Positions 9,540 to 18,629 of a DNA stretch of 64,000 nucleotides are shown here, piece by piece; within the stretch, counting starts at the first letter, position 1; each line of letters starts with the position of its first letter. The notes beneath the pieces are model-generated. The model worked only from the letters and a program-made list of their open reading frames with translations, had not been told where the DNA came from and searched no databases. Origin of the DNA: an uncultured cyanobacterium (GTDB lineage Bacteria; Cyanobacteriota; Cyanobacteriia; Cyanobacteriales; CAWCAG01); assembly GCA_963803805.1 (NCBI GenBank), contig CAWDOD010000002.1, positions 544,001-608,000 of the forward strand. The letters are read 5' to 3'. The translations under genes were made by a program, and so were the position numbers.

Positions 9540-11951
9540 TTAATTTTCGCTTTCGCTTTCAAAGAAAATATCAACCAAATGCTCTTGTAGGAGCCTATGA
9601 ACAAATTCGTAGGAACCACCTATTCTTCGGAGCAAAGTTTGTTCAGTAGCATAATTAAGAAATTTATTATAGTTACAGGGAGTATAACCTTCATAGCGAA
9701 GAACTATACGTAGGGCAAGATGTTGAACACAAGCAATTCCCCCACTAAGCAACCAAAAAATTAAGCCTAGACTTGCACTTTGAGAAAATCCTTTCGTTAA
9801 CCCAACTACTAAACTAGTGATTACTGCAATTATGCTAGCATTTATCAAAGATTTTCTAATTGCTTGATTTGAGTGATTTCCTTTCTGTACGCTTAGAATT
9901 GCAGAACCTTCATAAACTCTTCTTGTTAAAACAGTTTGTACGATTTGACCACAAGTTAGTCCACTAATTATGCCGACATACCAACTTTGCTCTGTACTTC
10001 CAAAAAGATAATTAATTAGCAAAAAATATAATAGTGAAGCTATTGACAATAATGAAGGCAGTATTGAACTCCAAAACCAACTCCACTGAAACCTACCTAA
10101 AAAAGCTACGATAAATAGAATGAAGACTATAAAAGCTGCTAATAAAGAGATATTAACTAGAGAAACACCTAAAGTATAATAGAAATATAAAATTAGTTTT
10201 AAAATAATTAAGCTAAAAATTAAAAGTATCAAAAAAATTAGAATCGAATTTTTGATGCTTGATTTGTTGTTATTAAATTGAAATGAACGGAAATCACTTA
10301 GTTTATCTATTGCTAACTCAGGAAAAGCAATTACCCGTAAAGAAAAGAGGAGAATAAAAGCGAAGAATATAACACAAAAAGCTACTTGTATTGTTATAGA
10401 AGCTATTACAAAATACTCAGCAGAAAACTTTAAATCATAACATAATCCTGAGATTAGTCCAGTGATTAGTGTGCTAGCAGTTGACCATCTTGTTATTCGA
10501 GATGAACTAAAAAATCTGTCTATAGGTTGAATAATATCAGCAAACCTTACCACTAATAATATTAACGTAGTTAAAGTGATTGTCTGTGAAAATATATTAT
10601 AAAATTGTTCTCCACCTAAATTAGTTTTTAAATATATAGCTAATTCAACTATTGAGACAATAAATAGGTATAATATTAGAATATATATTTTAGTCTGATT
10701 TGTATTTAAGGTTCTAAAAGGTTGAAGATGTGATACTACAAAACCAACTCTCTGAGATCCTTGCTCCTGTGATATTTGTGTTAGCTGGTGAGCTATCCAA
10801 GTAAGCCATACTAATTTTTGCTTATCTCTATCGTTACTTTTCAATTGTAGAGAAATATAGCTACTCCAAAAATATTTGAGTCGCTCCTGTGATAAGTTGC
10901 TTTTTTGCCATTGTTCAGGAGATTTTTCTTGACAAGCTACTATAGCAAGATTTAAAAATAGTGGTACACGAGCTAGTTTCAAGAAAATCTTATCTTGAGC
11001 AAGAGTTTGCCAAGAGGGTGAGTTTTCAATCTGTTTTAAATAAGCTTTAATTTGTTTATCATTAAGTGGAAGAAGACAAACTGATCCATTAAGATTGAGG
11101 CGAGTTTCACAGTTAATGTATTCTTTTCTACGACCACAAACTACTAGAGAAATAGGACGATTTTCTCCACTCAAAAAAATATTGATTTCTCTAATACATA
11201 ATTCCTGAAGAGATAGTTCTAGTTCATCTAAACCATCCAACATTGGTAGTAGCTTTTGCTCATTCAACCATTTTCTAATAGTGGTAACTGGCTGTCCATA
11301 TTTAGTACTTACTGCTTTGGCTATCCATTCGTACATGGATTGTTTTTCTTGCCAAGATGCTAAGTTTATAACCACAGGAATCGGCTCAAGATTATCATTC
11401 TCTGCTATAAGAATGAGGTTTTTAGCCAACTCTAATAATGTTGTTGTCTTACCTGCTCCAGGTTGACCAGTAATCAAAAGTTTGCCAACAATTTCATCAT
11501 GTTGAAATATTTCCAGTACAGTAGATTCTTCAGAATTTATTCCTTTAAAGTTTGGATTACTTTTAATGTCTCTAGTCCAGGGGCAATTAACTAAATCTTG
11601 CTGTAGAGCTTTCCTTAAATTAATAGATTTTGCATCTTGTGCAAGCAGAGATATGCTTAAAGTCCCTTTAACACTCTTTCGTACATCATCGAGAAATAAG
11701 TTTTCTTTGCGAGAACGCTGACCTACCTCAGTTTGATATGTATGATAAGTTTTATCACCAAAATCATTACTTTTTCCTTCTCCAATATTATAGATTTGTT
11801 TAGCAACTTGAATGGTTGTTTGTTTTTCACTTTCATCTAGTTTATGTAAAGCTTCGTCATCTACTTGACGCAAAATTTCAAAATCTTTATTTGTTGCAGT
11901 CCCTTCTGAAACTTTTCTCAAAATTGCTTTTATTTCATCTAAGGTAGCCAC
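9540..11951 (-). CDS. NACHT (STAND) NTPase with EAD10-like N-terminus and multi-pass TM region
   Basis: Walker A GQPGAGKTT, Walker B LLPMLDGLDEL, VPLFLNL; about 10 hydrophobic segments; conserved C-terminus QHLALRIVL...LLRRIGGSYEFVHRLLQEH; GTG start overlaps the caspase stop. Confidence 0.9.
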   Translation of the reverse strand: MATLDEIKAILRKVSEGTATNKDFEILRQVDDEALHKLDESEKQTTIQVAKQIYNIGEGKSNDFGDKTYHTYQTEVGQRSRKENLFLDDVRKSVKGTLSISLLAQDAKSINLRKALQQDLVNCPWTRDIKSNPNFKGINSEESTVLEIFQHDEIVGKLLITGQPGAGKTTTLLELAKNLILIAENDNLEPIPVVINLASWQEKQSMYEWIAKAVSTKYGQPVTTIRKWLNEQKLLPMLDGLDELELSLQELCIREINIFLSGENRPISLVVCGRRKEYINCETRLNLNGSVCLLPLNDKQIKAYLKQIENSPSWQTLAQDKIFLKLARVPLFLNLAIVACQEKSPEQWQKSNLSQERLKYFWSSYISLQLKSNDRDKQKLVWLTWIAHQLTQISQEQGSQRVGFVVSHLQPFRTLNTNQTKIYILILYLFIVSIVELAIYLKTNLGGEQFYNIFSQTITLTTLILLVVRFADIIQPIDRFFSSSRITRWSTASTLITGLISGLCYDLKFSAEYFVIASITIQVAFCVIFFAFILLFSLRVIAFPELAIDKLSDFRSFQFNNNKSSIKNSILIFLILLIFSLIILKLILYFYYTLGVSLVNISLLAAFIVFILFIVAFLGRFQWSWFWSSILPSLLSIASLLYFLLINYLFGSTEQSWYVGIISGLTCGQIVQTVLTRRVYEGSAILSVQKGNHSNQAIRKSLINASIIAVITSLVVGLTKGFSQSASLGLIFWLLSGGIACVQHLALRIVLRYEGYTPCNYNKFLNYATEQTLLRRIGGSYEFVHRLLQEHLVDIFFESESEN

Positions 11952-12946
11952 AATTCATCATTTCCCTCAGAACTACTCTTATGGATAACATCACCGAAGT
12001 GACTACCGCTAACTTTGTTAATATTATAAATATATTTCCCATATTGATTAATAACTTGGGCAATTTGATTAATTTTCTCAGTTGCCTGGGGCTTAGCCTC
12101 TTCCCAACCTTTTGCTGGTAAACCCTTGCCCCCTTGTAAAAGTGCCACTGCAAAATCGCTCGTATCAAAATCAAAATGAGGCGTTTGTGAGACATTATAT
12201 AGATCCTGGGCTGTTTTAGGTACAGTTTCTCCTAAATAATTCATCAAGTTAGAAACCTTTACTTGTGTCTCTCCTAGTTGATTACCTGCCCCTTGTAAAG
12301 CTTCTAGAAAATGAAAAGTATAAACACTAATTGAATCATCTTTAATCCACGACTTTTGTTCCCCCTGACAGGAAGTAAATACCACCCTGCCTTTTCCTTC
12401 TGCAAGAGATTTAATTAAACCTTTGGACTCTGAAGGTGATATTTCTGCAAACCCTTTCGGTAGTTTGAGAGGAATAGCCGCTTCTTCTTTTGAAGTTGCC
12501 ATTCCTGCTGCATGACAACAATCTAAAACAACCAACAAGCGTTGAGATTTTATTTGCCGCAAAGCGTTAGTAAATTGTTCCGATGATAAAGCAGAATCAG
12601 CTATATCTAACGGATCAATATCATGCTGCAACAAGTAATAGTGATTATCAGCCTCCTCTACCGAACCATGACCGGAATAGTAAACTAAAATAGTTGCTTC
12701 TGGATCTGTTTCGGCTTTTTCCTTAAGCCACTGTAAACCAGCTAAAATAGCTTCACGGCTTGCCTGATCATCATTAAGTATGCGGATATGTTCTTGATCA
12801 TCAGGATAGGCACATAAATCAGGATCAATCAACGCTGCATAAATAGCTTGAGTATCTTTAACCGTTACAGGTAAAGACCATCGCTCATAGGCAGATTCTC
12901 CCACACCAATTAGTAAAGCATAGCCTTGGTTAAATTTTTCAGTCAT
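11939..12946 (-). CDS. Caspase-family (peptidase C14) protease with a C-terminal homotypic motif
   Basis: YALLIGVG; catalytic His in VYYSGHG and Cys in VVLDCCHA; SVYTFHFLEALQG; QTP. Confidence 0.92.
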   Translation of the reverse strand: MTEKFNQGYALLIGVGESAYERWSLPVTVKDTQAIYAALIDPDLCAYPDDQEHIRILNDDQASREAILAGLQWLKEKAETDPEATILVYYSGHGSVEEADNHYYLLQHDIDPLDIADSALSSEQFTNALRQIKSQRLLVVLDCCHAAGMATSKEEAAIPLKLPKGFAEISPSESKGLIKSLAEGKGRVVFTSCQGEQKSWIKDDSISVYTFHFLEALQGAGNQLGETQVKVSNLMNYLGETVPKTAQDLYNVSQTPHFDFDTSDFAVALLQGGKGLPAKGWEEAKPQATEKINQIAQVINQYGKYIYNINKVSGSHFGDVIHKSSSEGNDELWLP

Positions 12947-12985
12947 GATCTTAAGGGTTTAGAGATTATTATTCATTTTAATCAA

Positions 12986-14797
12986 ATGAGCGACTTAACC
13001 CCGATTGTCATTTCCTTAAAAACTGCAACCCTAGCTACAATCATTACCTTTTTCCTTGGCATCATTGCTGCCCGTAGTTTGTTAACTACTCGCGGCATCA
13101 TAAAAGGTTTACTGGATGGTTTGTTGACTTCTCCTTTAGTCCTTCCTCCCACGGTAGTTGGCTTTCTGTTACTCTTGCTTTTAGGCAGAAATGGCCCTGT
13201 GGGACAGTTGTTGCAACTTTTGGAAATTAGAGTGATTTTTACTTGGGCGGCAACGGTAATTGCTGCAACGGTTGTGGCTTTTCCTTTGATGTACAAAACC
13301 GCCTTGGGAGCTTTTAAACAAATTGACAGCAATCTCCTCGCCGCAGGGAGGACACTGGGGGCTTCTGAAGGGAAAATCTTCTGGTGGGTGATGCTTCCTT
13401 TAGCTAAGCCGGGACTCATTGCCGGAACTTTACTTACCTTTGCCCGCGCTTTAGGGGAGTTTGGGGCTACTTTGATGGTGGCGGGTAGTATTCCTGGGCA
13501 AACGCAAACTATTCCTGTGGCTATCTTTTTCGCTGCCGAAAGTGGGGCAATGGATCAAGCTTTGGTTTGGACGGTGGTTACTGTAGCTATTTCTTTGGGG
13601 GTGACAGTGGCGGTTAATTTTTGGTCTGATGCAGCTATGTATAAAGGTAAGGGACAGAAAAGTCAAGTCGAGTTAGCAATACAAACTCCCCTTCCTTCTT
13701 CTCAACAAGCAAAGCCTTACCCGGTGGAGTTAATTGTAGAAATAAAGAAACAACTTCCTGGTTTTGAGTTGGATGTCTCTTTTGATGCTTATCAACAACC
13801 TCTCGGTTTGCTGGGGGCTTCTGGGGCAGGGAAAAGTTTGATTTTACGTTGCATTGCTGGTTTGGAAACTCCTGATCAGGGACGCATTGTTTTAAATGGG
13901 AAAGTACTGTTTGATTCTCAAGGAGGCATCAATTTACCTAGTCGCGATCGCCAGGTTGGTTTTTTGTTTCAAAATTATGCTCTTTTCCCCCATCTCACTG
14001 TTGCCCAAAATATTGCTTTTGGTATGCCTAGAGAGCTATCCAAGTTGGCTATTAAGCAGCAAGTAGCAGCCCAGTTAGCTGCTGTACAACTAGCGGGGTT
14101 AGGAAATCGCTATCCTCACCAACTTTCTGGAGGGCAACAACAACGAGTTGCCTTAGCTAGGGCGTTAGCTAGTCAACCGGAGGTATTGTTATTGGATGAG
14201 CCTTTTTCTGCTTCTGATACTTACCTGCGCCACCAACTTGAAAAGTTTTTGTTAGCAAACCTAACTACATACCAAGGTGCAACTTTGTTTGTTACCCACA
14301 ACCTGGAAGAAGCTTATCGCATCTGTAGCAATTTGTTAGTTGTTGAAGAAGGGAAGATCGCTGCAAGGGGTAGTAAACATGAAATTTTTGAACATCCTCC
14401 CAGCAAAAATGTGGCTACGGTGACGGGATGTAAAAATTTTTCTGCGGCTGTAGCTGTTGCACCTCAAGAAGTGTTTGCAACAGATTGGCAATGTTTCCTG
14501 AAAGTAGTTGAACCTATCTCCCCTAATTTAAGTTACATAGGCATTCGCGCCCATCAACTGATTTTTACCCAAGATGCCAATTTAGAAAATACTTTCCCTT
14601 GTTGGTTAACTGCCACCAGCGAAACCCAACATCGCATGACTTTATACCTCAAACTAAATCAGCCTCCCCAAAATCTCCAAGATTATCACCTGCAAGCAGA
14701 AATTTTTAAGGAAAAATGGGCAACGCTGAAAGATTTACCTTTCCCTTGGTACATTCAATTACACCCCCTTCGGGTTATTCTTTTGCCAGGAGATTAA
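12986..14797 (+). CDS. modBC: Molybdate ABC transporter permease/ATPase fusion (ModB-ModC)
   Basis: PLVLPPTVVGF and FARALGEFGAT (ModB); GASGAGKS, LSGGQQQRVALARAL, LLLDEPF (ATPase). ATG 12986 preferred over the track start 12926, which overlaps the caspase gene. Confidence 0.9.
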   Translation: MSDLTPIVISLKTATLATIITFFLGIIAARSLLTTRGIIKGLLDGLLTSPLVLPPTVVGFLLLLLLGRNGPVGQLLQLLEIRVIFTWAATVIAATVVAFPLMYKTALGAFKQIDSNLLAAGRTLGASEGKIFWWVMLPLAKPGLIAGTLLTFARALGEFGATLMVAGSIPGQTQTIPVAIFFAAESGAMDQALVWTVVTVAISLGVTVAVNFWSDAAMYKGKGQKSQVELAIQTPLPSSQQAKPYPVELIVEIKKQLPGFELDVSFDAYQQPLGLLGASGAGKSLILRCIAGLETPDQGRIVLNGKVLFDSQGGINLPSRDRQVGFLFQNYALFPHLTVAQNIAFGMPRELSKLAIKQQVAAQLAAVQLAGLGNRYPHQLSGGQQQRVALARALASQPEVLLLDEPFSASDTYLRHQLEKFLLANLTTYQGATLFVTHNLEEAYRICSNLLVVEEGKIAARGSKHEIFEHPPSKNVATVTGCKNFSAAVAVAPQEVFATDWQCFLKVVEPISPNLSYIGIRAHQLIFTQDANLENTFPCWLTATSETQHRMTLYLKLNQPPQNLQDYHLQAEIFKEKWATLKDLPFPWYIQLHPLRVILLPGD

Positions 14798-17732
14798 GTA
14801 ACCTATTACCTATTACTTAAAATCTACAAGGCTTTTCAATCTCCACCCTGGCCAAAATTTCCTCTTCTTCATCCGCAACAGCCTCCTCTTCTGCTAAACT
14901 AAGCCATTCCCAACTATCAGCATCTAAAGGTTCATCGGGATTAGCTAATGTTCCCCCCTTACCAATATCAAAAAAGGCGACAGTAGCATCTTTTTCTATA
15001 GCCTCACAACTATCATTAACCTCTGTATCCACCCTGTCATCCGGTAGGCTATTTAGCCCTTGAGTAACATCAAAATCTACATCAATGGCTACACTTCCTT
15101 CATTACCTACCACATCAGAAGAAGCGTTTAAATCAGAAAAGGGAGTCAAAAAGCGACTATCCCCGACAAAGCCATAAACACCAGTGGCGTTAATAATAAT
15201 TTGACCACCCTTGCCTTGGGAAGCACGGGCAACTACATCGCTGTTTTCATTGGGAATAGCAACGATGAAACCGACGTTAAGGGTAATATTACCTCCACTA
15301 CCAACACCCCCCGCAGCCGCACTAATGAGGCTGTTGTTGCGCATCAGGATGAGTCCGGGAACGTTGAGGTTAATGTTACCACCGCTAGTTTTTGCTGTGG
15401 CAGCAGTGATTGTTCCTCGGTTAGCAAGGTTGATGTTACCTGCGGAGATATTAACGTTGCCCCCGATGCCATCTCCTTGACTGTTAACAGCAATCTGTCC
15501 CCCATCCCTAATGTTTAGCTTTGGGGTGTTGATAAAAATACTACCGGAGTCTCCTGTTGTACCGGGACTAGTTTGAGCAAAGATACCGCTTGCTGCCCCG
15601 CCAGTGGTGATGCTGCTGCCTGTTACGTTGGGGGTTTCTAGCGAGATATTGAGGGTGTAGTTGCTTTGATTGGGAAGAGCGTTTGCAGACTTGGTGACTC
15701 TGAGGTAGAAAGTACCACTTTCAGTGAAAGTAACACTGAAATAGGGATCAGAAACTTGGTTACTTCCTCCTCCACCTTGGAATTGTATGCTACTAGAGTC
15801 TCCAACTAATAATTTCAATTGTCCATCTTGAATCTGCAAAATTTCTATACTTCCGACATTAGAACTGTCTGCTATGGGGTTTCCTTGGCTGTCTAAAACA
15901 TTATCAATATCAAAAATTCCCCTTGTTCCTGCTGTAACTTTAAAAGCGTAATAGTCTGGGGTATTGCTATTATCACCTTTGTCTTGAATGGAAACATAAG
16001 GAACTCTAGTAGAAATTTCTACATTAGGGTTAGAATTATTAACAGTGTCAATGGAAAAGAGATTGTCACTGAGAAACAAAGCTTCTGCTGGACTATTATT
16101 GGGTTCTGTTTCAGTAATCAGCTTAGATGGATTGAAAGGAGTAGCTTGTATCTTTTGTCTCAAAGGTGCAGAAGTTTGAGTGCGATTGGCAAAGTTAGGA
16201 TAATTGCCGTTGATGTTGAGACTTTCTCTGGCGTTAACAATAACTTCCCCTGCTTTACCTCCACTAAGGGTACTGGTTAAGATTTGTCCTCCACTTTGTA
16301 GGTTGAGTCGGTTGGCGTTGACTTTAATATCACCCCCAGAGGAATTGCTAAAAGTTTGTGCGCTTAAAACTCCTCCATCGCTTAGGGTGACAGTGCCGGA
16401 GTTGTTAACAGTAATATCTCCACCCTTGCCTGTATTGCTATTTTGTTCATCTCCAGAGGAGGTAAACAAACCACTAAGGAAACCTTCTGCACCAACACCA
16501 GAAATAGTCAATCTATCTCGAATATTCAGCAAAATATTGCCTGCATCCCCTTGACTTTTCGTTAAGGCTTGCAACTGGGAACCTCCCGTTAAAGAAAGTT
16601 GGGGAGAGTTGATGGTAATGTTGTTTCCTTGTCCTTGAGAGCCAAAGTTGGCAACGGTGGCAATGTTACTTTGGTTTGTTAATTGGACAGCTTGGTTAGC
16701 AGTGATATCTACTTTCCCTGCATTCCCTACCCCAGCAGTGAGACTTTGAATATTGCTGCGGTCTAAGAAGAGATTGTCTACCATAATCTCGACATCACCA
16801 GCATTGCCTTCATCAAAGGTTGTGGTTTCAATGAGGGAAAATTCGGTTAAGTTAACAGTTGGTGCAACTAAGCTTATCTTACCTACTTTACCTGTTGTAC
16901 CAGGTTCTAGGGTGGCGGTAAGACGACTTCTATTGAGAGTAATATTTTCTTGGGCATTGAGGGAAATGTTTCCTACCACTCCATTGGAAGTTTTCGAAAA
17001 TCCTCCCTTTGGGAAGAGACCAGTCTCAATATTAGAGTTATTGAGAGTTATGGCAGGAGCAGTAACAGAGATGCTTCCTGTCGATGCAATTCCTAAACTT
17101 AAGATGTAAAGATTATTCAACTCTAAATTAGTAGCTGAACTAGTGATACTGATATCCCCTGCATTTTGACCACCACTACTCACTTCACTTATCCCAGAAG
17201 AGGAGGTAATTTCTCCTCCACTATTGAGAGAAAGGTCTCCTCCATTTTGAGTATCTCCTCCTTCAAAGGATAAAGAAGAAGAAAAGATAGTTTTAGCAAT
17301 GATATTGCCCCCAGCATCAAGGGAAATATCTCCTCCATCTTGAGCATTTCCATCTTCATAAGAAAAAGATCCAGAAGTGATGCCATCAAGACTGGTAATG
17401 TCTCCACCCGCATCAAGGAAAATATGTCCTCCATCTTGAGTATTTCCACCTCTAAAGGAAAAAGAGGATGAATTGATACTACCACTAGCCAAGATATGAC
17501 CCCCAGCTTCAACGTTAATTGTTCCTCCATTTCCTGCGTCTCCATCTCCCAAGGAAAAAGAGGATGAACTGATAGTGGTAGTAGAGATATTACCGCCAGC
17601 TTCAACGTTAATTGCTCCTCCATTTCCCACATCTCCATCTCCATAAGCAAGAGAACGAGAATCTAACTCACCAGTAGAAATACTTCCTCCAGCTTTGAGG
17701 GAAATATAGTTATTTTAAATAACAATGAGACA

Positions 17733-18629
17733 TTAAGCTGCACAATAGTTACGAATAATTTCATCTACAGATGTTCCAGAATCTGCATACATTCTTCCTC
17801 TCTTTAAAGCACTAAAATCATGCTCAATATCATTGAAGTCAGGAGAATATTTCGGCAAGAATAATACTTCATGACCTGCTTCTTTCACTAACTCTCTAAT
17901 CATTCTTTTCCTATGAATTGGTGCATTATCCATAATTAGTACCGACGCTATGGTTAATGATGGTAATAAATACTTCCTTAACCATCCTTCAAATCCTTCT
18001 GCATTCAGACTTCCTCTAAACAACATTGGGGCTATTAAGTTTTTTGACTTTTTTCTTCTACCAGCTACTAGATTCTCTCTTTTACCTCGTTTACCTTGTT
18101 TTTCTCCATACAGTTTTTGCCTTTCTTGGTGTGCGTTCCCTTGCGTCTTACGCCGACGCGGGGTCACACCGCTTTTTGACCATCCATAATGCACCGACTG
18201 CATCTCCTCAAATCCTGACTCGTCAATAAACACTAGGCTTTCACTTCCGTAGATTTTTATTAATTCTCTTAATGCTCTTAAATACTTAATTCTTTCAAGT
18301 CTGTTTCTTTCTCGATAACGAAGTTCTTTTTTTTTCCTAGTTATCTTCATTTTTTTGAGAGCATAGAAGATCGCACTTGGATTTACCCCAAATTTCTTGG
18401 CTCTTTGCGATAGTTTAGCATCTGGATTTTCTTTGACATCTTGTTCTAATGCTTTCCAATCCAGTTTTCTTTGACGGCGTTCTACCTTCGTGGCTTCCAG
18501 ATTCTCACGCTCTAACCATCTGTATATTGTCGCTCTTCCAATGTTAAAGACTTTTGCTGCTTCCCTAATCTTTCCACCATCTTCTATATATTTTATGACC
18601 TTTTTTCTTAAATCTAGACTGTATGGCAT
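17733..18629 (-). CDS. IS630-family transposase
   Basis: MPYSLDLRKKV HTH; DDE triad VFIDESG / LIMDNAPIH / YSPDFNDIEH. Confidence 0.95.
   Translation of the reverse strand: MPYSLDLRKKVIKYIEDGGKIREAAKVFNIGRATIYRWLERENLEATKVERRQRKLDWKALEQDVKENPDAKLSQRAKKFGVNPSAIFYALKKMKITRKKKELRYRERNRLERIKYLRALRELIKIYGSESLVFIDESGFEEMQSVHYGWSKSGVTPRRRKTQGNAHQERQKLYGEKQGKRGKRENLVAGRRKKSKNLIAPMLFRGSLNAEGFEGWLRKYLLPSLTIASVLIMDNAPIHRKRMIRELVKEAGHEVLFLPKYSPDFNDIEHDFSALKRGRMYADSGTSVDEIIRNYCAA
18125..18172. repeat. 48-bp GC-rich hairpin element inserted in frame in the transposase
   Basis: Nested arms GGTGTG/CACACC, CCC/GGG, GCGTC/GACGC; 32/48 G+C inside an AT-rich IS; removal gives GWSKKRQKLYG. Confidence 0.7.

Noticed and set aside
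11935-12195. 86-aa alternative-frame ORF overlapping the caspase 3' end
   Set aside because: Shadow frame of a well-supported gene, with no motifs
12926-12985. N-terminal extension of modBC in the ORF track
   Set aside because: Overlaps the divergent caspase start; ATG 12986 gives a typical ModB N-terminus
14190-14220. D-loop SASD instead of SALD in ModC
   Set aside because: Single substitution; cannot separate a natural variant from an error
18326-18336. A9 run (RKKKE) in the IS630 transposase as a programmed frameshift site
   Set aside because: The ORF is already continuous in this copy; whether other copies are split cannot be seen here
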